Shown: positions 51,805-61,851 of the stretch, piece after piece
Layout: each line of letters begins with the position of its first letter
How positions within the stretch are numbered: position 1 is the first letter of the stretch
Assembly (NCBI GenBank): GCA_963725865.1
Contig: CAVSAC010000014.1
Span: forward strand, 544,001-608,000
Source: Candidatus Eiseniibacteriota bacterium
Lineage (GTDB): Bacteria; Eisenbacteria; RBG-16-71-46
Length of the DNA: 64,000 nucleotides
Reading direction: 5' to 3'
Notes under the pieces: model-generated
Databases searched by the model: none
The model's input: only the letters and a program-made list of their open reading frames with translations
What the model was told of the DNA's origin: nothing
Program-made: the position numbers and the translations under genes

Positions 51805-52878
51805 CTACTCCACGTGCTGTTCGGCGGTCTGGATTCCCGCGATCCGCCACACCCCGTCGCGCAGCGAGAACTCCACGTCGTAGGCCTCCGCCGCGCCGCG
51901 CAGGAACACCATGTGGGTGGCGGTCTCGTCGGTGGCGGGCGCCAGGCGCCACAGGCCCTTCACCTCACCGAAGCCCGCTCGGCGCGCGGCTTCGACCAGC
52001 GCGTCGTCGGTCACCAGCTCCTGTGCCCCGTCGCGGTCGTCGGCCACCAGCGCGTGCACGAAGTGCACGAACGACGAGTACGGCGACGGTGACTCGCTGT
52101 CCTCGAGGCGCCCGAAGCCGTCGCGGCCCCAGACGAACCGCCGGACGCGGAACACGTGCGGACACGAGGGGCACTCCTCGAAGCCGCGGCTCGCGCGGTA
52201 CGTGCGCGTCACCAGCAGCACCGAGTCGGCGTGGCTCTCGAACTCCCCGGTGCCCGCCCCGCCCAGCGAGTCGGGGCCGAGCGTCTGGGTGATCGTCCAG
52301 CTCGCGCCCCGCCGCGCCCACACCATGAGGAAAGGCTCGGTGCCGAGCGCCGCGCGCCGATCGAACAACATCGCGACCGCGGGCGGCACCGGGTCGCGGC
52401 GGGCGGGGGGTGCCGTCAGCCCGCGGCTCGCGAGCCTCAGCAGTCGCATCGAGCGGCCCTCGATCGGCTGGGACTCGGGCCCCGCGGCGCCACTCCAGAA
52501 CAGGTACGGCCACGAACCCGCGGAGGGGTCCGCGCGAGAGAAGAAGTTCACCGCCAGCGCGCCGTCGGCGCCGGCGAGCTCACCGCCCACGCCGAGCGAA
52601 TCGAGGAACGCCTGGGCGCGGTTCGCCCACTCCTCGACCGGCTCCGCCGCGAGCACCAGCGTCAGCGCGCGCGCCGAGAGGCGGGCGGCGGCCTCCGCGC
52701 CACCCGGCGCGTCCCACGCCTGCTGGGCCTCCCGCACCGCGATCGTCGCCGAATCCGCGCGCGCGCCCGCCAGCGAGTCGCCGTGCGGATACTCCACGTG
52801 GGTGCGCCGGCCGCAGCCGGACACGAGCGCGAGCGCGCCCGCGACCACGACCACGGCGAACCGCGCGCGCGGGTTCAT
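51805..52878 (-). CDS. Hypothetical lipoprotein with CPSCP motif
   Basis: Lipobox LVSGC; ATG overlaps the upstream stop; paralogous to the upstream gene. Confidence 0.8.
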   Translation of the reverse strand: MNPRARFAVVVVAGALALVSGCGRRTHVEYPHGDSLAGARADSATIAVREAQQAWDAPGGAEAAARLSARALTLVLAAEPVEEWANRAQAFLDSLGVGGELAGADGALAVNFFSRADPSAGSWPYLFWSGAAGPESQPIEGRSMRLLRLASRGLTAPPARRDPVPPAVAMLFDRRAALGTEPFLMVWARRGASWTITQTLGPDSLGGAGTGEFESHADSVLLVTRTYRASRGFEECPSCPHVFRVRRFVWGRDGFGRLEDSESPSPYSSFVHFVHALVADDRDGAQELVTDDALVEAARRAGFGEVKGLWRLAPATDETATHMVFLRGAAEAYDVEFSLRDGVWRIAGIQTAEQHVE

Positions 52879-54047
52879 CGGGTCCCTCCCGCCGCGGGCT
52901 TCGGCGCCCCCGGCGGCGGCGGAGCCTGAGCGCGCACCGGCACCCAGTCGCGGATCACCCAGCGGCCCTCCTTCTGCGTGAAGTGGACGATGTAGAGCTG
53001 CTCCTTCGCGCCGTGCTGGCGAATCGCGAGCCAGCGGGGCCAGTTCTCGCCCGGCTCGGCGTATTCCACAGACCACGAGCCACGCGCGCGATTCTGTCCC
53101 CAGCCGAGCGCGATCGCGGCGTCGAGCTTCTGCGGGTCCGCGAGCAGGCGCGCCGCACCCGCGCGATCCTGGCGCTGCAGGTAGCGCAGGAACAGCGAGA
53201 ACGCCATCACCGGCGTCGTCATCCGCCGCGAGTCCTGCAGCTCGAAGCCCTCGGCGCGCGAGACCAGGATGTTCTCGTCGTAGACGCCCGGACATTCCGG
53301 GCAGAGCGTGAGGAGCGAATCGACGGGCGCCCGGGTCCACAGCACCAACTCGGGGAGTCCGTCTCCGTTCACGTCGGCGAACGCGCCGGTCCCGCGGCCC
53401 GCCTCACCCGGGCGGTCGGCCGCCTGCACGATGTCCCAGATGTCCCCGTTCGAGCGCAGCCCGAGCACCACCCAGCTGAGATGTCCGTCCGCCGTGCGGT
53501 CGAGGATGCACGCGGAGTAAGGCCGCTGGGACTGCCCCGTGTACCAGACGCGGAACGACGGATCGCTGCCGCTCGCCAGCAACGAGCCCTGCTCGTGCAG
53601 CAGGCGCCCGCGGAACCAGAACACGAAACCGATCGCCATCGCGCTGCGCCGGATGGGATTCCGCACCGAGACCAGCACGAAGTGCGGCAGCTCGGGGTCC
53701 ACCCGCACCGCCGTCTCCAGCCCGAGCGAGTCGAGCAGCGGCTCGATCGCGGTCGCCTGGATCAGCGACGCGCTGCCGAGCGAGCGGATCAGCCCGCGCG
53801 CCATGTTCCCCACGATCTCGTAGGGCCCGAGGTTGTCGGCGCCCACGGAATCCGTGGCCTGCGCCCGGAACAGCGCGCGCGCCTGCGCGGCCCAGACCGT
53901 GAGCGAGTCCGCCGAGGGCGGGGTCCACGGCTTCACGGCCTGCGCGCGTGCCGCGCCGATCGAGATCATCAGAGCCACCAGCACCAGGCACGCGGGGAGC
54001 GGCCACGGATGCCGGCGGCGCGCGAGCAGCGAGGGTCCAGTGTGCAG
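52875..54047 (-). CDS. Hypothetical exported protein with CPECP motif
   Basis: Signal peptide ending AARA-Q; DVNGDGLPEL motif. Start uncertain (CTG 54047 after GGAG, or ATG 53969). Confidence 0.75.
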   Translation of the reverse strand: MHTGPSLLARRRHPWPLPACLVLVALMISIGAARAQAVKPWTPPSADSLTVWAAQARALFRAQATDSVGADNLGPYEIVGNMARGLIRSLGSASLIQATAIEPLLDSLGLETAVRVDPELPHFVLVSVRNPIRRSAMAIGFVFWFRGRLLHEQGSLLASGSDPSFRVWYTGQSQRPYSACILDRTADGHLSWVVLGLRSNGDIWDIVQAADRPGEAGRGTGAFADVNGDGLPELVLWTRAPVDSLLTLCPECPGVYDENILVSRAEGFELQDSRRMTTPVMAFSLFLRYLQRQDRAGAARLLADPQKLDAAIALGWGQNRARGSWSVEYAEPGENWPRWLAIRQHGAKEQLYIVHFTQKEGRWVIRDWVPVRAQAPPPPGAPKPAAGGTR

Positions 54048-54082
54048 TGGGACGTCTCCGGTCCGGTCGGATGGGTCGCGCG

Positions 54083-55378
54083 TCAGCGGACGCGCGCGCG
54101 GTCGAGCGGCATCGCCCGGCTCACCGGCGCCACGGTGGCGCCCGGCGGGTCGCGATAGTAATACAACCGCAGCTGCGGGCGCAGGGCCTCGGCGGCGGCG
54201 AAGTCGGAGTAGATCTGGAACGTGGCATCCGAGGCGAACGTGTAGCCATGCGGGAAGCCGAGCCGCACCGCGCACTGCAGATGGGAGGTCAGCCCGTCGC
54301 CGTGGTACAGCAGCGGACCGAACGTCTGCTCGTAGACGCCGGGCGCGAGCCGTCCGGCGCCGAGGTCAGGCACCGGCGGCCCGCCGTAGTGGACTCCGCA
54401 CCCGGTGAAGTCGGTGGTGGTTCCGTAGACCACGGCATTCGCGACGTTGGCCGAGAAGTTGACCGGTTGCACCCGGATCGCGGCGTCGGCCAGTCGCAGC
54501 CCGGGGCTCACCGACTCGAGCTGCCAGCGGATCGCCGCGGTGACGTTCCCGCCCCCGAGGTTGAGCGTCGTGCCCGTGCAGGTGGGTGAAAGCGGCCGCG
54601 TGGAGCTGGCGGATCCGAAGCTGCTCACCGGCACCACGAGCGAGTCGACGATCGCCTCCGGTCCCACCACGGTGAAGCGCCAGAGCGGACTCTGGGTCTG
54701 CTCGCCGGTGTCGAGGTTGGTGGCGCGCAGGGACCACCACCAGGTGCTGCCGAGCGCGCGGCGCTGCGGCGCCATGCGGACGCTCTCGAACGTGACGATC
54801 GGCGACACGACGTGGTCGGCCACCGCGGCCGAATCGGGGGCGGTGTACAGCTCGAAGCGCACGGCGCCGGCGTCGGGGTCGGGGGCGTCCCAGGTCAGCG
54901 GGGTGAACGGCCCCTGTCCGGACGCGCCGTCGAGCGGCATCGGATGCTCGAGCAGCCGCAGCGCGGTGGTCGTGAACTGCCAGAAGTACGTCGAGTCGAG
55001 CGCCGCCCCGGCCGCGGTGGTGACCCGCGGCCCGATCTCGAGCGTGTACGTGCGGCGCAGTCGCAGCGTCTCGAGCGGGGTGATGCGCACCGTGCGGGTG
55101 GCGGCGTCGTACTGGATGTCGGAGCGCACGCGCGCGGCATCGAGCTTGAGGAACACCGTGGTGGGGCCGATCGACGCGGGGTCGAGCGGCTCGTGGAAGC
55201 GCGCCCAGATCGCGGTCGCGAGCGGGACGCGGACGGCGCGCGGCGGCGGGAACACTTCTTCGACCGCGGGCCCCAGGCGCGCCACCGGAGCGGTCGGCGC
55301 CGGCTGCTTGCTGCAGCCCGGCGCGAGCGCCGCGCCGCCCGCGACCAGCACGGCGAGGACGATCCAGCGCGCGCTCAT
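54083..55378 (-). CDS. Lipoprotein with bacterial Ig-like (Big_5/SbsA-type) domain
   Basis: Lipobox LAPGC; FHEPLDPASI...ITP...YTLEI...YFWQFTT; ATG overlaps the upstream stop. Confidence 0.8.
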   Translation of the reverse strand: MSARWIVLAVLVAGGAALAPGCSKQPAPTAPVARLGPAVEEVFPPPRAVRVPLATAIWARFHEPLDPASIGPTTVFLKLDAARVRSDIQYDAATRTVRITPLETLRLRRTYTLEIGPRVTTAAGAALDSTYFWQFTTTALRLLEHPMPLDGASGQGPFTPLTWDAPDPDAGAVRFELYTAPDSAAVADHVVSPIVTFESVRMAPQRRALGSTWWWSLRATNLDTGEQTQSPLWRFTVVGPEAIVDSLVVPVSSFGSASSTRPLSPTCTGTTLNLGGGNVTAAIRWQLESVSPGLRLADAAIRVQPVNFSANVANAVVYGTTTDFTGCGVHYGGPPVPDLGAGRLAPGVYEQTFGPLLYHGDGLTSHLQCAVRLGFPHGYTFASDATFQIYSDFAAAEALRPQLRLYYYRDPPGATVAPVSRAMPLDRARVR

Positions 55379-57741
55379 CGGACCACCACGAAGCGCCCGA
55401 TCTGGTGGCCGAGGGCGGAGTCCACGGTGAAGAGGTAGATGCCCGACTCCACCTCCTGCCCGTTGCGCGAGACCAGGTCCCACGCCGCCTGGCCGTCCCC
55501 GCCCGAGGCGTCGTGGTCGAGCTGCGCCACGAAGTCGCCCGCCACCGTCCACACCTTGATCACGCAGCGCGCTCGTGGCAGGCCCATGAAGTCGATGTGA
55601 CGCGTGAGGCGATCCCCGTCGACCGGCGGCAGGTCCCAGTCGGCGTGCGCGCGGAACGGGTTGGGGACCACCCACACCTGGCCCGCCCGCGTCCGGGCGG
55701 ACGCGTGCGGAACCACCGCGCGATCGGCGCTGGCGACGAGCGGGCTTTCCAGCACGCGCCGGGTCGGCGTGCCGTTCGGCGCCCGAGTCACCAGCTCGTA
55801 CACGCTCGTGATCGTGTACAGGTAGGGGAAGCCGTCGAGCACGGTGCTGTCGCGCACCGCGTAGCGGCCGATCGGGTAGAGCTTCTGCTCGTACAGGATG
55901 CGCTCGTAGTCGAGCGTGGTGTCCGTGATGGTCGACAGCAGCACTTCGCTGTTCGCGGTCGAGCGGGCATAGGCGTTCATCAGCGCCCAGTGTTCGGGCG
56001 GCGGCACCAGCGAGAGCCGCCCGCCCCAGTCGGCGATGCGGTAGAGCCGGTAGCCGAGGAACCGCGATTCCCGCGTGCCCAGCTGTCCACCGGCGATCAG
56101 CACCTCGGGGCGGTTGTCCCACGCGACGTCCACCCAGTGATCGCCCGGCGTCACGCGGAAGCGCGGCGGCGGTGGCACCTCGCCCGGGTCGAGCCAGCGC
56201 AGCACCGTCTCGCGGCCGTCCTTGCCCGTGCACTCGTCGCAGTCGGCGTCGGTCCACACGCAATGCCCCGGCTGGTAGAGCGTGCGGGTCTCGGGCGCCG
56301 GACTCTCGCCCCGCGCCTTGCCCGGACAGTGCGGGTCGGCGTAGAAGCTCACGCCCGGCGGCGGCTCGAGACACACCTCGTGACCGTTGATCCCGCTCAC
56401 GCCCTCATTCCAGTCGGTCGGAAACGCGCCGGTCGAGTCGGGAACGAGGTTCAGCGTGGTGCCGTGCTGGATCACCGCGGCGTTGCCCAGCGCGACCGCC
56501 AGGCTCTCCCGGTCCGCGCCCGCCACCAGCGCCATCGAGACGTCGATCGACTCTCCGGGGGCGAGCCGCGGGAACGGGCCGCACGAGACCAGCACCACCC
56601 AGTCCGCGAGCCCATCGCCGCTCGCGCCCACGGCGCGGCCGGCGAGCGCGTCGTAGCGTTGCGGGTCCACGGTCGGCAGGCCACCGTAGCCCGGCACCGC
56701 GTCGCGCCGGAACGCCACGCTGCGGAACGACACGTGCCCCGGCGCGCGGGCATAGGACTGCAACGGCCCGAAGATCGCGTAGGGATCGATGGTGTGGTCG
56801 AGCCCCACGAGCGCTCCCATCGGCAGCCCGGAGCCATCGACACCGTCGCGCACGACCGGCACGGTCTGGGCCAGGTCGTCGATGCAGCTGATGGTCGGCG
56901 GATCCTGGGGGGTGCCACTCGAGATCGTCACGAACGAGGTACCGCGGTTGACCTGGCGATCGAACGTGATGTGGTCGAGCCGGTCGTCCAGATGGCCGCG
57001 GCGGTCGGAGCGCACCCGCGAGTCGAGGTCGGCGAGGACCCCCACGTACAGCTGTCTCAGCGTCTGCGCGCCGTGGTTGGTGATGTGGAAGGTCACGGCC
57101 GCGATGCCGTCCGCGCCCGCCACCGACCACGCGTAGGCCTCCTGGTGGACGGAGAGCCCCAGCGGCACGTGGCGCTCGCCGTTGTCGTAGACGTAGTTCA
57201 CGGCCTCCGGGCGGTCGTCCACGTAGTCGGCCGCGGCCATCTGCTGAGCGAACATGCCGAGGTCCTCGTCGATCTCGCCGTCGCCGTCGTCGTCCCGGTC
57301 GTTCAGGATCTCCTCGTCGACCCGCCCGTCGTGGTCGTCGTCGACCATTCGGAGCGCTCCCAGCCGGTCGCGCCACGCCGTGCGCACGTGATCCGCGGGG
57401 TCCAGCGTGGGCCGGAACTCGAGCATCGGGCCGCCCGAGACGTGGGGCACCGCGTCGCCGTCGAGCGCCCCGACCCACAGCTCGGCGTGGTTGAGCAGCT
57501 CGACTCCGGAGCCGCGCGGGAACTCGAACGAGGGATCGAAGCAGCGTCCCGCGTCGAAGAACGCGTTGCCGAGCAGCCCGGCGTTGGTCACCCGCATCGC
57601 GAAGCGGCCGGCCTCCAGCCGTGGCCCCCGGTCCTCGATGTCGAGCACCGCGCGGGCCGGGCGCGGCAGGAGCCAGCCCAGGATGGCGAGGCAGGGCAGC
57701 AGGCGAAGGACGAGTAGGGCGCGATGCGGGAGGCGGATCAC
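55375..57741 (-). CDS. Large secreted hypothetical protein with C-terminal sorting-type domain
   Basis: Signal peptide; VTNAG...SFEFPRGSG...LWVGA; acidic DDDGDGEIDED repeats; Cys-rich segment; tail VVPNPF...VWTVAGD...WDLVSRNG...SGIYLF. Start uncertain. Confidence 0.82.
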   Translation of the reverse strand: MIRLPHRALLVLRLLPCLAILGWLLPRPARAVLDIEDRGPRLEAGRFAMRVTNAGLLGNAFFDAGRCFDPSFEFPRGSGVELLNHAELWVGALDGDAVPHVSGGPMLEFRPTLDPADHVRTAWRDRLGALRMVDDDHDGRVDEEILNDRDDDGDGEIDEDLGMFAQQMAAADYVDDRPEAVNYVYDNGERHVPLGLSVHQEAYAWSVAGADGIAAVTFHITNHGAQTLRQLYVGVLADLDSRVRSDRRGHLDDRLDHITFDRQVNRGTSFVTISSGTPQDPPTISCIDDLAQTVPVVRDGVDGSGLPMGALVGLDHTIDPYAIFGPLQSYARAPGHVSFRSVAFRRDAVPGYGGLPTVDPQRYDALAGRAVGASGDGLADWVVLVSCGPFPRLAPGESIDVSMALVAGADRESLAVALGNAAVIQHGTTLNLVPDSTGAFPTDWNEGVSGINGHEVCLEPPPGVSFYADPHCPGKARGESPAPETRTLYQPGHCVWTDADCDECTGKDGRETVLRWLDPGEVPPPPRFRVTPGDHWVDVAWDNRPEVLIAGGQLGTRESRFLGYRLYRIADWGGRLSLVPPPEHWALMNAYARSTANSEVLLSTITDTTLDYERILYEQKLYPIGRYAVRDSTVLDGFPYLYTITSVYELVTRAPNGTPTRRVLESPLVASADRAVVPHASARTRAGQVWVVPNPFRAHADWDLPPVDGDRLTRHIDFMGLPRARCVIKVWTVAGDFVAQLDHDASGGDGQAAWDLVSRNGQEVESGIYLFTVDSALGHQIGRFVVVR

Positions 57742-57999
57742 GGGCTCGGGCGGTACCTCGGGGAAAAGTGTGGGACCGAGTATAGACGCGCGGCCGCGGG
57801 ACGACCGCATCGGACCGCCGACAGGGGCCGGGCACCGCCAGCGGACCGCTCGGGATGGCGGCCGGCGACGGCCGCTCGCGCCCTCGGGGCGTGCCCGGAC
57901 GGGGCCCGCATCGGGGTTTGGAAGCGGAGGCACCGGGCGCCTAGAATGCCCCGGCGGCCCCCCAGGGTGCGGCGAGTGGTTCGATGGGAGGGGTTTGGG

Positions 58000-58191
58000 A
58001 TGGAAGCCGGTTTCCCCGAGTGCCGGAAGTGCAAGGACGGCGTGTTGCTCCCGCTCTCCGACTACGGTCGGGACGGAGCGCCGATCACCTACAAGGCGTG
58101 GGTCTGCAGCAATCCGGCTTGTGGCTACAACGTGCGCATCGACAACGGCGAGATCAGCCTCGGGCGCACCATCGGGCTCTCGACCAAGTAG
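58000..58191 (+). CDS. Small zinc-ribbon-like protein (63 aa)
   Basis: GGAGG RBS; CRKC...CSNPAC; protein-like composition. Confidence 0.75.
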   Translation: MEAGFPECRKCKDGVLLPLSDYGRDGAPITYKAWVCSNPACGYNVRIDNGEISLGRTIGLSTK

Positions 58192-58255
58192 GCCGACCGC
58201 TCACCGCAGCACCGCGCCGAGCGCGCGGACCGACGAGGCCCTGGAGATCCAGCGA

Positions 58256-58972
58256 TTGATCCGCGCGATCGTCTTCGACGTCGATAACACGCTCGTCGAC
58301 TTCATGAAGATGAAGCGCGACGCGATCACCGCGGCGATCGACGGCATGATCGACGCTGGCCTGCGACTTCCACGCGAGACGGTGCGCCAGCGCATCGACG
58401 CGATCTACCGCGAGAAGGGCCTCGAGTACCAGCTGGTCTTCAACGACCTGCTCGGAAGCGAGGACGGCGGCATCGACCCGCGCATCCTGGCGTCCGGCAT
58501 CCTGGCTTACCGCCGCGCGCGCGAGTCGGCGCTGGTGCTCTATCCGCACATCCAGCTCACGCTGATCGAGCTGCTCAAGCGCGGGATCCGGCTCGGCGTG
58601 GTGTCGGACGCGCCGCGCGAGCAGGTGTGGCTGCGCCTGTGCTCGCTGTCGCTCCAGCACGTCTTCGACGCGGTCGTGACGTTCGACGACACCGGCGAAC
58701 GCAAGCCGAGCCCCGCGCCGTTCCGCGAGGTGCTGAGCCAGCTGGGCGTGGAACCCCACGAGGCGTTCATGGTCGGCGACTGGGCCGAGCGCGACGTGGT
58801 CGGGGGCAGGAACCTCGGGATGAAGACCGTGTTCGCGCGCTACGGGGACGAGTTCGGCACCGTGGAGTCGGGCGCGGACTACGACATCGAGGACCCGATG
58901 GCGCTGGTCGCCATCGTGGATTCACTGAACGGCCCGCCGGCGGTACGGGCGGGCGGGAGCGTCGCGCGCTGA
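58256..58972 (+). CDS. HAD-superfamily hydrolase (subfamily IA)
   Basis: FDVDNTL, VVSD, RKP, MVGDWAERD; TTG start after GGAGA. Confidence 0.92.
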   Translation: MIRAIVFDVDNTLVDFMKMKRDAITAAIDGMIDAGLRLPRETVRQRIDAIYREKGLEYQLVFNDLLGSEDGGIDPRILASGILAYRRARESALVLYPHIQLTLIELLKRGIRLGVVSDAPREQVWLRLCSLSLQHVFDAVVTFDDTGERKPSPAPFREVLSQLGVEPHEAFMVGDWAERDVVGGRNLGMKTVFARYGDEFGTVESGADYDIEDPMALVAIVDSLNGPPAVRAGGSVAR

Positions 58973-59009
58973 GCGGCGCTTCACCGCGAGACTCCAACCG
59001 GGAGGACGC

Positions 59010-59348
59010 ATGGCGGAAGGCAAGGTGAAGTCGGCGAAGGTGAAGGTGTTCCCACCTCCCGACCCGAAGAGCGTGGACGGCAAGTTCCACGTCTACGTGT
59101 ATGACGTGTTCAACAAGACGTTCCTGCCCGGCAAACTGTTCGAGACCGTCGAGCGCGCGGTGCAGTTCCAGCGCCAGGAACAGGAGCGCATCTACCTCGT
59201 GCAGGAAGCCGATCCCGAGCTCTTCGACCTGCCCTTCATCTCCGCGGACCCCGGTCTGCTGACCCGGGTCACCACCGATGCCGCTTACCGTGACACGCTG
59301 GTGCGCGAACTGACCACGGACGCCCGCGCGCGAGCACGCCGGCGCTGA
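59010..59348 (+). CDS. Hypothetical protein
   Basis: GGAGG RBS, GC3-biased codons, operonic position. Confidence 0.7.
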   Translation: MAEGKVKSAKVKVFPPPDPKSVDGKFHVYVYDVFNKTFLPGKLFETVERAVQFQRQEQERIYLVQEADPELFDLPFISADPGLLTRVTTDAAYRDTLVRELTTDARARARRR

Positions 59349-59355
59349 GCCGCGC

Positions 59356-60174
59356 ATGGAGCTGGCACTCGCGATCGCCGTGGTGCTGAGCGTCGCGGTT
59401 CCCGCCGCCGCCGGGCCGCGGGTCCCCGGCCTCGCGCTGCGCTTCGGCGATTCGCTGGCGCGCGTGGACTCCACGGGCAACTGGACGACGCCCGCGCGCC
59501 ACCCCGGCACCGACGAGGTGCGGACGTCGCCCTCGCGGTTCTTCGGCGTGCCGGGCGACCTCACGCTCCACTTCGCGGACGGCCGCCTGGTGCGGGCCGA
59601 GGCCGTGGTGAAGGACCCGTCTCCGCACGATCGCGACTACGTCCGCGACGAGCTGCGGCGCATGGGCCTGCGCGCCGTGTGCGAGGTGGACGAGCCGGAC
59701 CACAGCCGCTGCGTCTGGAGCGGCCGGGCGATCGTGACGCTCGACCTCACGCCGGCGAAACTGCAGGCGACCATGCAGCTCGCACCCGATCCCGCAGCCG
59801 CGCGTGCGGCGGCGGCGCCGGGCACGGTGCACGCCGCGGCTGCCGCGCCACCGCCGCTGGCCGGGCCGCCGCCGGCCTTCGTGCTCGACGATTCCGCCGC
59901 CGCCGCGCCCTTCCCGGTCCCCGAGGTGGTGCATCGCGAGGAGCCCGTCTACCCCGCCGGCGCCCGCAAGGCCGGCGTGATGGGGCGCGTGCGCGTGCGT
60001 GCGCTGGTCGACTCCACCGGCGCCGTCAGCGCGACCGAGATCGCACGCAGCATTCCACTGCTCGACGCCGCCGCGAGCGCGTGCGTGCGCCGCTGGCGCT
60101 TCCGGCCCTACCAGCTCGACGGCCGCGCCTGGGCCTTCCGGATCGAGGTCCCGATCCTGTTCACGCTGCGCTGA
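59356..60174 (+). CDS. TonB C-terminal domain protein
   Basis: N-terminal hydrophobic segment, Ala/Pro linker, PVYPAGARKAGVMGRV...LDAAA...WRFRP...VPILF. Confidence 0.85.
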   Translation: MELALAIAVVLSVAVPAAAGPRVPGLALRFGDSLARVDSTGNWTTPARHPGTDEVRTSPSRFFGVPGDLTLHFADGRLVRAEAVVKDPSPHDRDYVRDELRRMGLRAVCEVDEPDHSRCVWSGRAIVTLDLTPAKLQATMQLAPDPAAARAAAAPGTVHAAAAAPPPLAGPPPAFVLDDSAAAAPFPVPEVVHREEPVYPAGARKAGVMGRVRVRALVDSTGAVSATEIARSIPLLDAAASACVRRWRFRPYQLDGRAWAFRIEVPILFTLR

Positions 60175-61778
60175 TGGCCATGCTCCTGCTCACCGCCGAG
60201 GAGATGCGCGCGCTCGACCGCCTGACGATCGACGGCGGGCATGCGAACGGCGAGGCGCTCATGGAGCGCGCGGGCGCCGGCGTGGTGCGCGCGATGGAGC
60301 GGCGCTACGGGCCGCTGCTGGGCTACCGCGTGCTGGTGTTGTGCGGCACCGGCAACAACGGCGGCGACGGCTTCGTGGCCGCGCGCCTGCTGCGCGCGCG
60401 CGGCGCCGTGCCGCACGTGGTGCTGCTCGGCGACCCGGAGAAGGTGACGGGCGACGCGCGCGCTCCGTTCGACGCGCTGCAGGCGGCGGGGATCGCGCCC
60501 GCGATCGCGCGCACCGCGGACGAGCTGGCGCGCGCGAGTTCCACTCGCGACCGCTGGGACTTCGCGCTCGATGCGCTGCTGGGCACCGGCGCCCGCGGAG
60601 CGCCGACCGGGCTGATGGCGGACGGGGTCGAGCGGCTGCGCGTGCTCGACGACGCCGGCACCGAGGTCGTGGCGGTGGACCTGCCCACCGGGCTCGACGC
60701 CGATACCGGCGCGATCGCCCGGCGCACCGTCCGCGCCGACCTCACGGTGACGTTCGGACACCCCAAGCGCGGCCACTGGCTCTACCCCGGGCGCGCGTTC
60801 TGCGGGGCGCTCGAGGTGGTGGACATCGGACTGCTGCCCGCGCCCGACGATCCGACGCGCTGGCGCGTGGAGTTGGCGACCGCGGACGCGATGGCGCGCC
60901 TGGTGCCGGCGCGCGACCCGCGCGCGCACAAGAACTCGGTGGGCCGCGTGCTCGTGATCGGCGGCTCGCCCGGGCTCACCGGCGCGGTGGTGCTGGCCGC
61001 CCGCGCCGCGACGCGCTCCGGCGCCGGCACCGTGCGGGTCGCGGTGCCGTCCTCGATGCACGACCTGTTCGAGCTCAAGCTCACCGAGGAGATGACCCTC
61101 CCCTGTCCCGAGTCCCCGGCCCGCACGCTGTCGGCCTTCGCGCACGCGCCGGTGCGCGCGGCGCTCGACGCCGTGGACGCCGCGGTGCTGGGCTCCGGAC
61201 TCTCGCGCCACGCGGGCGCGGGCGCGCTCGCGCTCGCGCTCGCTGGCGAGCCCGGCCCGCCGCTCGTGATCGACGCCGACGCGCTCAACGCGCTGGCCGC
61301 CGCCGCCGCGGCCGCGAGCCCCGCCGGCGCCGCGCCGCGCGTGCTGACTCCGCACCTCGGCGAGATGGCGCGCCTCACCGGCCTGGACGCCGCGACGCTC
61401 GAGGCCACGCGCATCGACGCCGCGCGCACGTGGGCGCGGGCGTGGGACGCGGTGCTGGTGCTCAAGGGTGCCCCCACCGTCACGGCCGCGCCCGACGGCC
61501 GCGCCACCGTGAACGCATCCGGGAATCCCGGCATGGCCACCGCCGGCGCGGGCGACGTGCTCGCGGGTGCCATCGCCGCGCTGGCGGCGCAGGGGCTCGC
61601 GCCGTACGACGCGGCGCGCCTGGGCGCGTTCGTGCACGGCGCGGCCGGCGACACCGTCGCGGCGGCGCGCGGCCAGCACGGCCTCAGCGCGGGCGACCTG
61701 GTCGCGGCGCTGCCGGAGGCACTGCACGCGCTCGCGACCCGGCGCGATGCGAGCGAGCGTCCGGGGCCGGCTCGCTGA
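60174..61778 (+). CDS. nnr: Bifunctional NAD(P)H-hydrate epimerase/dehydratase
   Basis: LMERAG, GTGNNGGDG, DALLGTG, VDLPTG, HKNSVG, IDADALN, TPHLGE, ATAGAGDVLAG. Confidence 0.95.
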   Translation: MAMLLLTAEEMRALDRLTIDGGHANGEALMERAGAGVVRAMERRYGPLLGYRVLVLCGTGNNGGDGFVAARLLRARGAVPHVVLLGDPEKVTGDARAPFDALQAAGIAPAIARTADELARASSTRDRWDFALDALLGTGARGAPTGLMADGVERLRVLDDAGTEVVAVDLPTGLDADTGAIARRTVRADLTVTFGHPKRGHWLYPGRAFCGALEVVDIGLLPAPDDPTRWRVELATADAMARLVPARDPRAHKNSVGRVLVIGGSPGLTGAVVLAARAATRSGAGTVRVAVPSSMHDLFELKLTEEMTLPCPESPARTLSAFAHAPVRAALDAVDAAVLGSGLSRHAGAGALALALAGEPGPPLVIDADALNALAAAAAAASPAGAAPRVLTPHLGEMARLTGLDAATLEATRIDAARTWARAWDAVLVLKGAPTVTAAPDGRATVNASGNPGMATAGAGDVLAGAIAALAAQGLAPYDAARLGAFVHGAAGDTVAAARGQHGLSAGDLVAALPEALHALATRRDASERPGPAR

Positions 61779-61851
61779 CCGCCGGCTCGCGACGCCGAGG
61801 CCCGCCCCGCGCAAGCGGAGCGGGCCTCGGCGTCGCGGGTGCGAGCGGGCT

